Shown here: one piece after another, positions 9,691 through 17,131 of the stretch
Position numbering within the stretch: position 1 is the first letter of the stretch
How the letters are laid out: each line of letters opens with the position of its first letter
Virus genome (UHGV): UHGV-0128348
Origin: a virus
Length of the DNA stretch: 42,240 bases
Reading direction: 5' to 3' (one strand)
Notes under the pieces: model-generated
What the model was told of the DNA's origin: nothing
Database searches by the model: none
The model's input: only the letters and a program-made list of their open reading frames with translations
Position numbers and translations under genes: made by a program

Positions 9691-10108
9691 TCACTTTCAC
9701 CTTCGTCCTTGCCGCTGGCGTCAGACCGAATTCAACCAGGTAACTTTTAAAACGGCGGTCGGCATCGGCCAGCATCGAAACGGCCGGGTTAGCTTTGATA
9801 AGAAAACCACCCTCGGTCTGGACGGTATAGGTTCTTCCCTCTACTGCGATGGTGTCGCGCAACTGAAGAATATCAGCGTAAATATCGCATAGCCGTTCAA
9901 GGGCTAAGGTGTCGGCAACTGTCAACACCCCCATCCCGTCAAGGAGAACAGTCAACCTTCCCCAGGCAACCTTTCCCCAGTCGGTCAGGTGCGCCGGCGG
10001 GCTTGGAATTTCTCGCGCCGGACTCGGTTCTTTATCGTTGAGTTTACGTTTGCCCGGGTTGCCGGAGACCACTTTGAGGTGGGTCGGTTTCGGGCGTCGT
10101 CCTGCCAT
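9644..10108 (-). CDS. terminase small subunit (P27 family)
   Basis: 154-aa ORF MAGRRPKPTHLKVVSGNPGKR...; GGGAGG RBS; overlaps large subunit start. Confidence 0.75.
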   Translation of the reverse strand: MAGRRPKPTHLKVVSGNPGKRKLNDKEPSPAREIPSPPAHLTDWGKVAWGRLTVLLDGMGVLTVADTLALERLCDIYADILQLRDTIAVEGRTYTVQTEGGFLIKANPAVSMLADADRRFKSYLVEFGLTPAARTKVKVNGEDPEEDTLDKFFG

Positions 10109-10289
10109 CGGAACCTCCCGGAAAAAAACTTTTCATTTCGCGGTTGTGCACAAAAAGGATGGGCGGCGGTCATTCAGGTTAGAGGTTCTGAACTTTTGAC
10201 CCGCCCCTCCCCTCAGATGAGAATTAATATCATTTGAATGCTAATTATTTCAATTAGCAATCACTTTTGAGGTGTATTGATAATGGTTA

Positions 10290-10631
10290 TCACTTAAACC
10301 AATGAGAAGCCGGGTCCAGTGGCATCCCGTTTTCATCGCAGCCGATCACGGTGCCACGCTTCTCCATTCGCTGCTTCGTTGAATCGTGGTGCTGCTTACA
10401 CAACCCTTGCCAGTTCTTCCGGCTCCAGAAAAGCTTTTGCGCCTTCGCTATTGCCTGGCTGTCACCAGAGCGCAGAGCCTCTTTCAGTTTGTGCGGGGTG
10501 ATGTGATCAACCACTGTTGCCGCTGTCACCCTGCCTTGCTCCTGGCACATGACGCACAAGGGGTGCGTACGAAGGAAGATAAGACGCTCACGATCCCACT
10601 TGCTGCCGTAAATGCGGGGCTCTTTGTTCAT
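10290..10631 (-). CDS. HNH endonuclease
   Basis: 113-aa ORF with Cys pairs and ...VDHITPH...CKQHHDSTKQ... HNH motif; typical partner of HK97/P27-type terminases. Confidence 0.8.
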   Translation of the reverse strand: MNKEPRIYGSKWDRERLIFLRTHPLCVMCQEQGRVTAATVVDHITPHKLKEALRSGDSQAIAKAQKLFWSRKNWQGLCKQHHDSTKQRMEKRGTVIGCDENGMPLDPASHWFK

Positions 10632-10640
10632 GCTCTGGTC

Positions 10641-10877
10641 CTATTGCTTGGATGGGCGTACGATCCTCATTTGACCGAACAGCGTCTGCCGCTTAACCTC
10701 GCCGTTCTCGACAGTGAAATGACCACAACTATCGTGCACAGCGGCAATCACCACACCTCTATCATCGTCAGCAGAGAAAACGTGCTTTACCTCAACGCCA
10801 TTGAGATAAACCGTGATACGTTCGCGACCAGGTTCGATGCGTTCGCCCGTATCGTCGTCGAGAACTGTCAGGCGCAT
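10641..10877 (-). CDS. hypothetical small phage protein
   Basis: 78-aa ORF upstream of HNH gene. Confidence 0.45.
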   Translation of the reverse strand: MRLTVLDDDTGERIEPGRERITVYLNGVEVKHVFSADDDRGVVIAAVHDSCGHFTVENGEVKRQTLFGQMRIVRPSKQ

Positions 10878-10884
10878 ATTGCCC

Positions 10885-10915
10885 CCAATAAAAAAGCCCC
10901 ACGTAAGCGGGGCTG
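10885..10915 (-). terminator. rho-independent terminator
   Basis: Hairpin GCCCCGCTTACGTGGGGC followed by TTTTTTATT on the minus strand. Confidence 0.5.
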
Positions 10916-11009
10916 ATAATTCGGGTGTGAATGTACTGAAATACTATTTTGGAAAACTGGCTACTTTTTCTATTTCAGTACAGGCTAGTGTCACATAAGG
11001 ATGCTTCAG

Positions 11010-11273
11010 CTATGTATCGTCTCTTTCTGTAGCCTTCATCACATCATCAAAGGCAGCTTCCTCGTTGTCCTCTGGGTCATCATAGCCATACAACTCATTG
11101 ATGCTATCCGGACCGTCTTCGTCGTCTTCGTCTTCGTCGTCTTCTTCTTCTACTTGGGAATCGTCATCTTCTTGAAAATCATCATCTTCTTGAGAATCAT
11201 CATCTTCTTGAAAATCATCATCTTCTTGAAAATCATCATCTTCTTGAAAATCGTCATCGTAAACATTAGACAT
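11010..11273 (-). CDS. highly acidic hexapeptide-repeat protein (candidate DNA mimic)
   Basis: 87-aa ORF MSNVYDDDFQEDDDFQ... with six EDDD(F/S)Q units then an Asp/Glu-rich tail; encoded by 18-bp tandem DNA repeats. Confidence 0.55.
   Translation of the reverse strand: MSNVYDDDFQEDDDFQEDDDFQEDDDSQEDDDFQEDDDSQVEEEDDEDEDDEDGPDSINELYGYDDPEDNEEAAFDDVMKATERDDT
11146..11259. repeat. 18-bp tandem repeat (about six units, TCATCTTCTTGAAAATCA) inside the acidic protein gene
   Basis: Five near-perfect consecutive 18-mers 11164..11253 plus partial flanking copies. Confidence 0.8.
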
Positions 11274-11391
11274 AAATCGCCCTCAATGATCTTCCTCCAC
11301 AATTTTGTGGAACGAAAATCTTAAACCAGAATTGATTAAATAACTATCGCAGCTTAACCAACAGGTGTGTTTGCAATCATCATTTAGCACT

Positions 11392-11598
11392 TTATGGACA
11401 GTTGGCCTTTACTGCTTTGTTAAGCGCCAGAATGTCGCGCTTGGTCTGCTTATCCAGCACATCGATATCGTGGTCAGTCAGGTAGATGATCCGCACCCAG
11501 TTGCAGGCCGTATCAACGACTACTGGGGCGGGTAAATCTTTCGCGCAGCTCGCGATCAACATAGTCATCGCCCATACGCTTAACGTCTTCCTGTACAT
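11392..11598 (-). CDS. candidate o-spanin (outer-membrane lipoprotein, Rz1-like) overlapping the i-spanin 3' end
   Basis: ATG at 11598 inside ORF 11392..11757; MYRKTLSVWAMTMLIASC... has signal peptide and lipobox-like IASC; runs past i-spanin stop in another frame. Confidence 0.45.
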   Translation of the reverse strand: MYRKTLSVWAMTMLIASCAKDLPAPVVVDTACNWVRIIYLTDHDIDVLDKQTKRDILALNKAVKANCP

Positions 11599-11794
11599 CA
11601 CTGGCCCCTTTCGTGACTTCAGCACGGCGTTCTGCCGCGGCGACAGTAGCAGCGGCGTTTTCTTCGGTACGCAGCTGTTCGGCTTTGGCTTCCGCCTTAC
11701 TTGTTCCGCGAGCATGACCGATGCCAAACGCGCCAGCGATAGCGCCCAGAATGACAACCACCAGCCCCGCGATAGCTTCTATTCCCATGATCAT
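11513..11794 (-). CDS. candidate i-spanin (Rz-like)
   Basis: 93-aa ORF with N-terminal TM helix then charged Ala/Glu-rich helical region; directly downstream of endolysin. Confidence 0.5.
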   Translation of the reverse strand: MIMGIEAIAGLVVVILGAIAGAFGIGHARGTSKAEAKAEQLRTEENAAATVAAAERRAEVTKGASDVQEDVKRMGDDYVDRELRERFTRPSSR

Positions 11795-12420
11795 CCCACC
11801 AGTACCGATTTTGCTTTCAGGAAGCGGGCGCGTCGGTCATCAATGCCGTTTTGCCCGCCGTTGATAATCTGGGTCACCCGCAATAAATCTCCGGGGTATT
11901 TCAAACACCCATTTGATGTGTAAAACCATGCTGCGCTGCGTGCCGCATTAATATCTTTCTCCAACAACTCAGGGTTGCTGACTAAATCCAGTTTCAGTGC
12001 ATTACCGCACTTCATATAATTTTCGAGGAAGGTGATCCCGATAATTCCACGCCCTCGGTATTTCCAGCCATCGCCCGCAGCCTTATTGCCAAAACGATTG
12101 TTGTAGACGAGATTAGCGATCGCTCGTTGACGTTCGATCGGTAAAACCTTTTCGTAAGTTTTACGCCCTAAGGTGTTCGCCTGGTCTTGCGTGATGCGCT
12201 TCACCTTCACAAAACCAGCCAGGCCGGCAACGCTATAGTTAAAACTTTCGACCATCTGGGTAAATGATGTGCTTTCGTGTCCACACTGCGCTATGAACAT
12301 CGCCTGATCGAGTGGAGCTGTAATGCCGAATTCTTTCATCGCAGCATCAATATGCGGAAACCAGCGCGCAGCTAACCCGGCGCTGATACCAGCCGCCCTT
12401 TGAAATTGTGATTGGTTCAT
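11791..12420 (-). CDS. endolysin, glycoside hydrolase family 19 (chitinase-like lysozyme)
   Basis: 209-aa ORF with ...CGHES... and ...YRGRGIIGITFLENY... GH19-type motifs; lies in the lysis cassette. Confidence 0.75.
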   Translation of the reverse strand: MNQSQFQRAAGISAGLAARWFPHIDAAMKEFGITAPLDQAMFIAQCGHESTSFTQMVESFNYSVAGLAGFVKVKRITQDQANTLGRKTYEKVLPIERQRAIANLVYNNRFGNKAAGDGWKYRGRGIIGITFLENYMKCGNALKLDLVSNPELLEKDINAARSAAWFYTSNGCLKYPGDLLRVTQIINGGQNGIDDRRARFLKAKSVLVG

Positions 12421-12698
12421 CAGTGCCTCAGTGCATCAACCAGTCGCGCCACATTCCCCCTGAACCAGAGAACCGCGCCGCAGATAAGAATGTTAGCCAG
12501 CACCACCAGCCAGTGGGATGACTCGTACAGACCAAACAGGAAACGGAAAGGGATGCTGGCATAAACCAGCACCATGAGATAAGCCAGAACGGATATGCCA
12601 GGACGGTGTCTCGCACTACCTCGTTGGTAGAACATCAATGCCAGCACAATGACGGCGCAAATGACTGCATTAGCCAGCGCTGAAGGATCATTTACCAC
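12420..12698 (-). CDS. small membrane protein (holin/antiholin-like)
   Basis: 92-aa hydrophobic ORF between holin and endolysin with overlapping start/stop. Confidence 0.5.
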   Translation of the reverse strand: MVNDPSALANAVICAVIVLALMFYQRGSARHRPGISVLAYLMVLVYASIPFRFLFGLYESSHWLVVLANILICGAVLWFRGNVARLVDALRH

Positions 12699-13077
12699 TT
12701 GAACCTCCTCCCCGGAACCGGGTCAGCATATTGAACAAGCTATTTAGATCCTGGCTGTTGAGAAACGTCAGAACTTTGATGATAAGCGCTGATATTAATA
12801 CGGCTCCCAACGCATCAAGCGGACGGTCGCTGTAGCCAGTCCAGCTTGAAAGCTTGGAACCCACCAGACCGGCGCCCAGAACACCAACAATGAATGACGT
12901 CATAAAGTATGCCACCAGCTTACCGCGCGATATGTTAGCTGCCGTGGCCACGTAAAAAACCGCCCCGGCGAACGCACCAAATACCACGCCGTAATCTATT
13001 CCGGTAGCCAGACCGAACATGCTAGCCCCCATCAGGCCGCCGGCCGCAACTGAAGTACCAGAGACAGGATCGGACAT
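12688..13077 (-). CDS. holin
   Basis: 129-aa ORF with about three predicted TM segments and charged C-terminus; first gene of lysis cassette. Confidence 0.55.
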   Translation of the reverse strand: MSDPVSGTSVAAGGLMGASMFGLATGIDYGVVFGAFAGAVFYVATAANISRGKLVAYFMTSFIVGVLGAGLVGSKLSSWTGYSDRPLDALGAVLISALIIKVLTFLNSQDLNSLFNMLTRFRGGGSSGK

Positions 13078-13122
13078 TTAGCCCCCTCTATTGCTGTGGA
13101 TCCTCTCAGAACGAGGGGAAAA

Positions 13123-13137
13123 TAGGATGGCCGCCAG
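13123..13137. repeat. 15-bp direct repeat TAGGATGGCCGCCAG, left copy
   Basis: Identical 15-mer at 13736..13750; the pair brackets ORF 13320..13730. Confidence 0.7.
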
Positions 13138-13319
13138 GTGACAGCCACCAAAAATCACTGTAAAAATATCAGGATTCACCACCCTCTCAGACGGATTTAT
13201 TCTTCTTGTTCAGTCTCGTCCGCGTACGAAGCCAAGGATGTATCCAAGACCAAAACAAGAAAAACCGAATCCCACCAAGGGTAATACTGAATAAATAAAA
13301 TCAGGCATAGGGAAATCTC

Positions 13320-13730
13320 ATGGAAATTATTTCAGTAATCGGAGTGATACTGACACTGCTAGGGCTCTTTATTCCGTCACTAATCAGTAACCATTCGTCA
13401 CGTAAGGCAGAGTTCAGGAAGCATTCCGCACCACTGCGGGGAAAGTTGCTAAGCGAAATTGAGGCTATTGAAGGAGGCTCTTATCCATTCAGGCTTATCA
13501 GCGATGCTGATTTCAATCAGTTGCTACCTTACGCCCCGAGGCGCAGGAAAAACGCTCTCCTTGATGCTTACACCAGTTATCTCGACGCTCATACGATGGC
13601 CACCACGAAGCACTGGCACGATGAACATCCATCCGATGGAATGCTATTTTTCCCGACGGGTTTCTCAGTCACTAATTCAGATGAGGTACTGAAGAAAATG
13701 CAACCTCTGAAAAAAGAACTCAGCAGATAG
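13320..13730 (+). CDS. hypothetical membrane-anchored protein (plus-strand cassette between lysis genes and late cargo)
   Basis: 136-aa ORF with N-terminal TM helix; opposite strand to the late operon; plus-strand terminator at 13929..13957. Confidence 0.5.
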   Translation: MEIISVIGVILTLLGLFIPSLISNHSSRKAEFRKHSAPLRGKLLSEIEAIEGGSYPFRLISDADFNQLLPYAPRRRKNALLDAYTSYLDAHTMATTKHWHDEHPSDGMLFFPTGFSVTNSDEVLKKMQPLKKELSR

Positions 13731-13735
13731 TCCTT

Positions 13736-13750
13736 TAGGATGGCCGCCAG
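13736..13750. repeat. 15-bp direct repeat TAGGATGGCCGCCAG, right copy
   Basis: Perfect match to 13123..13137. Confidence 0.7.
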
Positions 13751-13928
13751 ATGGATTAACGACAAAGCACAGAGTGAATGATGCTCTGGTGGCACAAATA
13801 AAAAAGCCACGCAAATGCATGGCCTTGTGATTTGAATCCGTTATTTACAAAATGTATTCGAGACAGTATCTTTCGACTTCCGGACAAAAAAACATATACC
13901 GGGACAAAATCTAAATGTAACTGCCTTG

Positions 13929-13957
13929 CCTGCATGAAACCATGCGGGCTTTTTTTT
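13929..13957 (+). terminator. rho-independent terminator (plus strand)
   Basis: Hairpin CTGCATG-AAAC-CATGCGG followed by a T8 run. Confidence 0.5.
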
Positions 13958-13961
13958 GCCC

Positions 13962-13986
13962 AAAGAAAAAGCCCACCGAAGTGGGC
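13962..13986 (-). terminator. rho-independent terminator (minus strand), convergent with previous
   Basis: Hairpin GCCCACTTCGGTGGGC followed on the minus strand by TTTTTCTTT. Confidence 0.5.
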
Positions 13987-14363
13987 CTTACAGCTATCAT
14001 CATTTTTTATTAGGTGTGGTGCCGGGTGCCTCCCGGTGAGCATGCCCCAACAGACATCACTCGCGTGGTATTCACAGGGCTTTCGCTCTATTAGTTGGAC
14101 GCCCCTCCGCATAGGGGGATTCACCACACGGATAATTTAGGATGTAGTCATGGGCGGCGTCAATAACTGACACTCTGTCAAAGGCACCATTACGATGCCT
14201 TTTGCACAGTGCTAATCACTGGCTCTAATAAGGGGCCAGAGCAAAGCGATTACCCCGGCTACCAGCACGCCATCAGCCAGGATTGACATCATTTTGCTGG
14301 TGAAGTCGATAGCAACCACCAGAAACAAAAGCACCCCAGCTGCGGCCCAGCGAAGTTTACCGA

Positions 14364-14789
14364 TCACAGGTACTGGTCCAGTGGAAGTTGCAGAGCCTGG
14401 GCGATTTTCTTCAGCTGTTTCTCTTCTTCTTCCCCGATGCCGTCGTTATCAGCTACATCAAGACACAGGCAAAGAACATCGACAGCGTCATCCGTCCCGG
14501 CAACGTCAGCCAGTTCGCGCAGCGCCTGAGCGTTGGCTGAACGCGGTGATTCTTCATAGCGAGCGCGAATATTCGAGCTCATCTGGGCAATTTCACCAGC
14601 AAATGGCGCAAATGCCGGGAGGGCCGAAATAGTCTTCTCCAGCACTGCAATCTCTTTTGCATCGCAGGTACCATCAGCGTATGCAATCGAGTACGCTCCC
14701 CAGACCGTGGCTTCTACGGCATCGCGGTTTTCCATTTTTTTCACCTCAACAACGGCTTTACGGGCTTTCTTTTTAAAAATACCAAACAT
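14364..14789 (-). CDS. TerB-like (tellurite-resistance TerB family) protein
   Basis: 141-aa acidic ORF with ...YADGTCDAKE... and ...DVADNDGIGEEEEKQL... segments resembling TerB repeats; recalled similarity only. Confidence 0.45.
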   Translation of the reverse strand: MFGIFKKKARKAVVEVKKMENRDAVEATVWGAYSIAYADGTCDAKEIAVLEKTISALPAFAPFAGEIAQMSSNIRARYEESPRSANAQALRELADVAGTDDAVDVLCLCLDVADNDGIGEEEEKQLKKIAQALQLPLDQYL

Positions 14790-14920
14790 AGTGACTTTCC
14801 TTTTAGCGGGTGAGCCAGCGCTCAGGAATGATCAGCCCACAGAGACAGTCACACTGACTACTCCCTATGGCTCACCCCTGAAAGGCTCTGTGGTTTAATA
14901 GCGCCGAGCGTGGCGCGGAT

Positions 14921-14948
14921 ATGAAAAAGGCCCGCGAATGCGAGCCCT
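14921..14948 (-). terminator. terminator downstream of the two-gene AT-rich cassette
   Basis: Hairpin GGGCTCGCATTCGCGGGCC followed on the minus strand by TTTTTCAT. Confidence 0.45.
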
Positions 14949-15012
14949 AACAGCATGAAAATAATATGAATAAAAACCAGAACAAAGCAGATCTACTAAA
15001 CCATGTTGTAAT

Positions 15013-16302
15013 TTACAACTCTCGGTAAGCTGGTTGCAAAGCTTCACACCATTGTCTTAAAGTCGAAGCTCTTCGTTTCTTAGTTTTATCGCTAAGCGAT
15101 AAGCACATATCAAACAAAAAAGGCTCCGCCGTTGTGGGATCTAGCTCTGAAAGATTTTTTGCCTGGCTCCATTGTATCCAAGCCCAACCACAATGACTGG
15201 CCTCAAAACCACGAGCCGCAATTCTTAATCTCTTTTCATGATCAGATTCAGCTAATTGTTGTCCCATTGCAGAGATTGAACCATTTTCATTAAGTAAACC
15301 TAGTATTTTACCTGCGTGTATATAGTACAGTATATGGCGAGTATCCAACCCTGTACTAATTAGATCGAGATATATCCCCTTCCATTTTAACTCTACAACT
15401 TTAAAAACTTGATCAATTAAATTTGCTTGGGGCACCTGATAACCGCCAACAACCTGGGCAGACATCTTAGCCAAAGCTGTTGAGTAAAACTCAGCATCCG
15501 TTTTTCGAACCGTTAATACAATCTCATCTGTATAGTTATTTTTCAATTCAAAACTTGAACTTGTATTAACAACAGAGTCAAATAAAGCCGAAAGCATTTG
15601 AACATCAATCTTATTATTTTTAATAAAACTAACTATATCACCCTTAAGACGAATCAGATCATTTAGCTCTTTTAATAACGGCTCTACTGTCTGCATTTTC
15701 TCTGCCTGAAAAGAAAGCACAAAAGATCCAGGGCGACCCGCCACTGGTCGCATCAAGTCCTTTTCATCAAAAGAGTTAATTATAGATGAATATAAGTTAT
15801 TGAAACATTCGAATAATTTAGAAACACCACTTAGTACTAATGGGTCCGTAGATGACTTAGTTTTCTCCACATGTATTTCATGCGTTGAAAACTCAATTGC
15901 CTTGCCTATTTTACCATTAGCTAAAACAGGCAGTACAGAGCTTATAAACAATCCACTTTGTGGCAAAGTCATGTTGTTAGATACTTCAGACGAATCTAAA
16001 GCCAATGCTACAACACGCTCATCCTCATAAAAAATATCTAACTGATAGTATTTCTTTTGTTCTTGGTGCATTAGAACGCTACGAATATCTATTCTTTTTC
16101 TTTCCAAAGATTCTAAGCGTTCAGCAGATATAGGAATGATGATCCACTTTTCGAAGTCATCAAAGTCCCCTAACCAATAAACAACAAAGAGACTATTTAT
16201 CTCATTAGTCACTGAGAAAAATTTTGGACCTTCGAAAAACTCATAGACATTTTCGTATTTTAGTTCACCAAACACGCTGTCTTTAAGGAAGATGTTACTC
16301 AT
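15013..16302 (-). CDS. hypothetical protein, 429 aa, second gene of AT-rich two-gene cassette
   Basis: Long ORF with low GC; 4-nt overlap with upstream gene; no Walker A or other motif I recognise. Confidence 0.65.
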   Translation of the reverse strand: MSNIFLKDSVFGELKYENVYEFFEGPKFFSVTNEINSLFVVYWLGDFDDFEKWIIIPISAERLESLERKRIDIRSVLMHQEQKKYYQLDIFYEDERVVALALDSSEVSNNMTLPQSGLFISSVLPVLANGKIGKAIEFSTHEIHVEKTKSSTDPLVLSGVSKLFECFNNLYSSIINSFDEKDLMRPVAGRPGSFVLSFQAEKMQTVEPLLKELNDLIRLKGDIVSFIKNNKIDVQMLSALFDSVVNTSSSFELKNNYTDEIVLTVRKTDAEFYSTALAKMSAQVVGGYQVPQANLIDQVFKVVELKWKGIYLDLISTGLDTRHILYYIHAGKILGLLNENGSISAMGQQLAESDHEKRLRIAARGFEASHCGWAWIQWSQAKNLSELDPTTAEPFLFDMCLSLSDKTKKRRASTLRQWCEALQPAYREL

Positions 16303-16745
16303 TTATCCAACCTCCTTATACAAACGAATTTGGCATGAACCTGAGATTCGTTGTAAAGCCATATTGTGTAGTGAGTTGAATCAGGAGCTCCAGTTTTTAG
16401 AATAACACCGTCATTAGCTGCAAACTCACCCTGAGCAACAAATCGCTCTCCAATACCATCAGGAAACTTATTAAAGGCATTAATAATTGAATTTTCATCA
16501 GTATAAACTGATACGCCATAACAACATTTTAGCTTATGCCCTTTAAATTTTTTTAATCGTTTAGGATTTTCATCTTTCATATTCAAAAAGCACTGATCCC
16601 CTGGAGGATTTGCCTTTGTAAGACGAAAGAATACACCTGAAGCATCTTGCGCTTCCTTAGGTGGAGTGCCCGCAGGGAAGTCCGCGGGAAACGTTAACGA
16701 TTTTTTATTTTTTGTCGTTTGCTGTGAGATTTGAGTCATGTCCAT
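16299..16745 (-). CDS. hypothetical protein, 148 aa, first gene of AT-rich two-gene cassette
   Basis: ORF preceded by about 300 bp of very AT-rich sequence; no signal peptide; no recognisable domain. Confidence 0.6.
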   Translation of the reverse strand: MDMTQISQQTTKNKKSLTFPADFPAGTPPKEAQDASGVFFRLTKANPPGDQCFLNMKDENPKRLKKFKGHKLKCCYGVSVYTDENSIINAFNKFPDGIGERFVAQGEFAANDGVILKTGAPDSTHYTIWLYNESQVHAKFVCIRRLDK

Positions 16746-17058
16746 AATCCAAGACGATTAACAGAAAAACTGCCAATCACTTTGGTAAATCAGGACAATC
16801 CGTTGGCATTAGATGCAATATAGCAACAAGTAAACACTTCATAAATGCCATTTGGTTATATAAAGAATGACTTAACAACTCCATTTGTTATAAATGCTAT
16901 ATATTGATAGTTGAGCATATTTAGGCACTAAATATGTCCAATTACTGTTAATTGGCTATGTATATATTGAACCTATTCCCCGAGCTCCACATAAGTTCCG
17001 TTTCGTGGAGCCGATACCGACGGTTTTGCACCGGAAGAATCTTCGCGGGAGTATGTAG

Positions 17059-17131
17059 TGCTGGTTGACGGAACTGAACCGCCTACATCCTGCTTACAAG
17101 GCAGGCGCTCTCCCAACTGAGCTAACCCAGC
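17059..17131 (-). tRNA. tRNA-like gene, anticodon UGU (Thr), with non-canonical features
   Basis: Minus-strand cloverleaf: acceptor GCTGGGT, D-arm GCTCAGTTGGGAGAGC, anticodon stem CCTGC/GCAGG with loop CTTGTAA, T-arm GGCGG-TTCAGTT-CCGTC; G6-A67 mismatch; G at position 58; no encoded CCA. Confidence 0.5.

Noticed and set aside
4874-10916. Numerous plus-strand ORFs of 60-190 aa inside the capsid, portal and terminase genes
   Set aside because: Antisense frames within well-supported minus-strand structural genes; no independent support.
11392-11757. Full 121-aa ORF as one protein, or i-spanin plus this ORF as a frameshifted single gene
   Set aside because: The N-terminal 53 residues are an alternate-frame read of the i-spanin gene; only the part from the internal ATG (11598) with signal peptide and lipobox is plausible.
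13756-14127. 123-aa minus-strand ORF
   Set aside because: Spans convergent terminators and a structured inverted-repeat region; composition unlike a protein and no RBS; treated as non-coding.
14212-14294. 27-codon hydrophobic minus-strand ORF (MMSILADGVLVAGVIALLWPLIRASD)
   Set aside because: Could be a small membrane peptide, but no credible RBS and too short to support from sequence alone.
16975-17057. Hairpin-rich segment next to the tRNA-like gene as a possible second tRNA
   Set aside because: Only a single long hairpin (GCTCCAC ... GTGGAGC); no cloverleaf elements.
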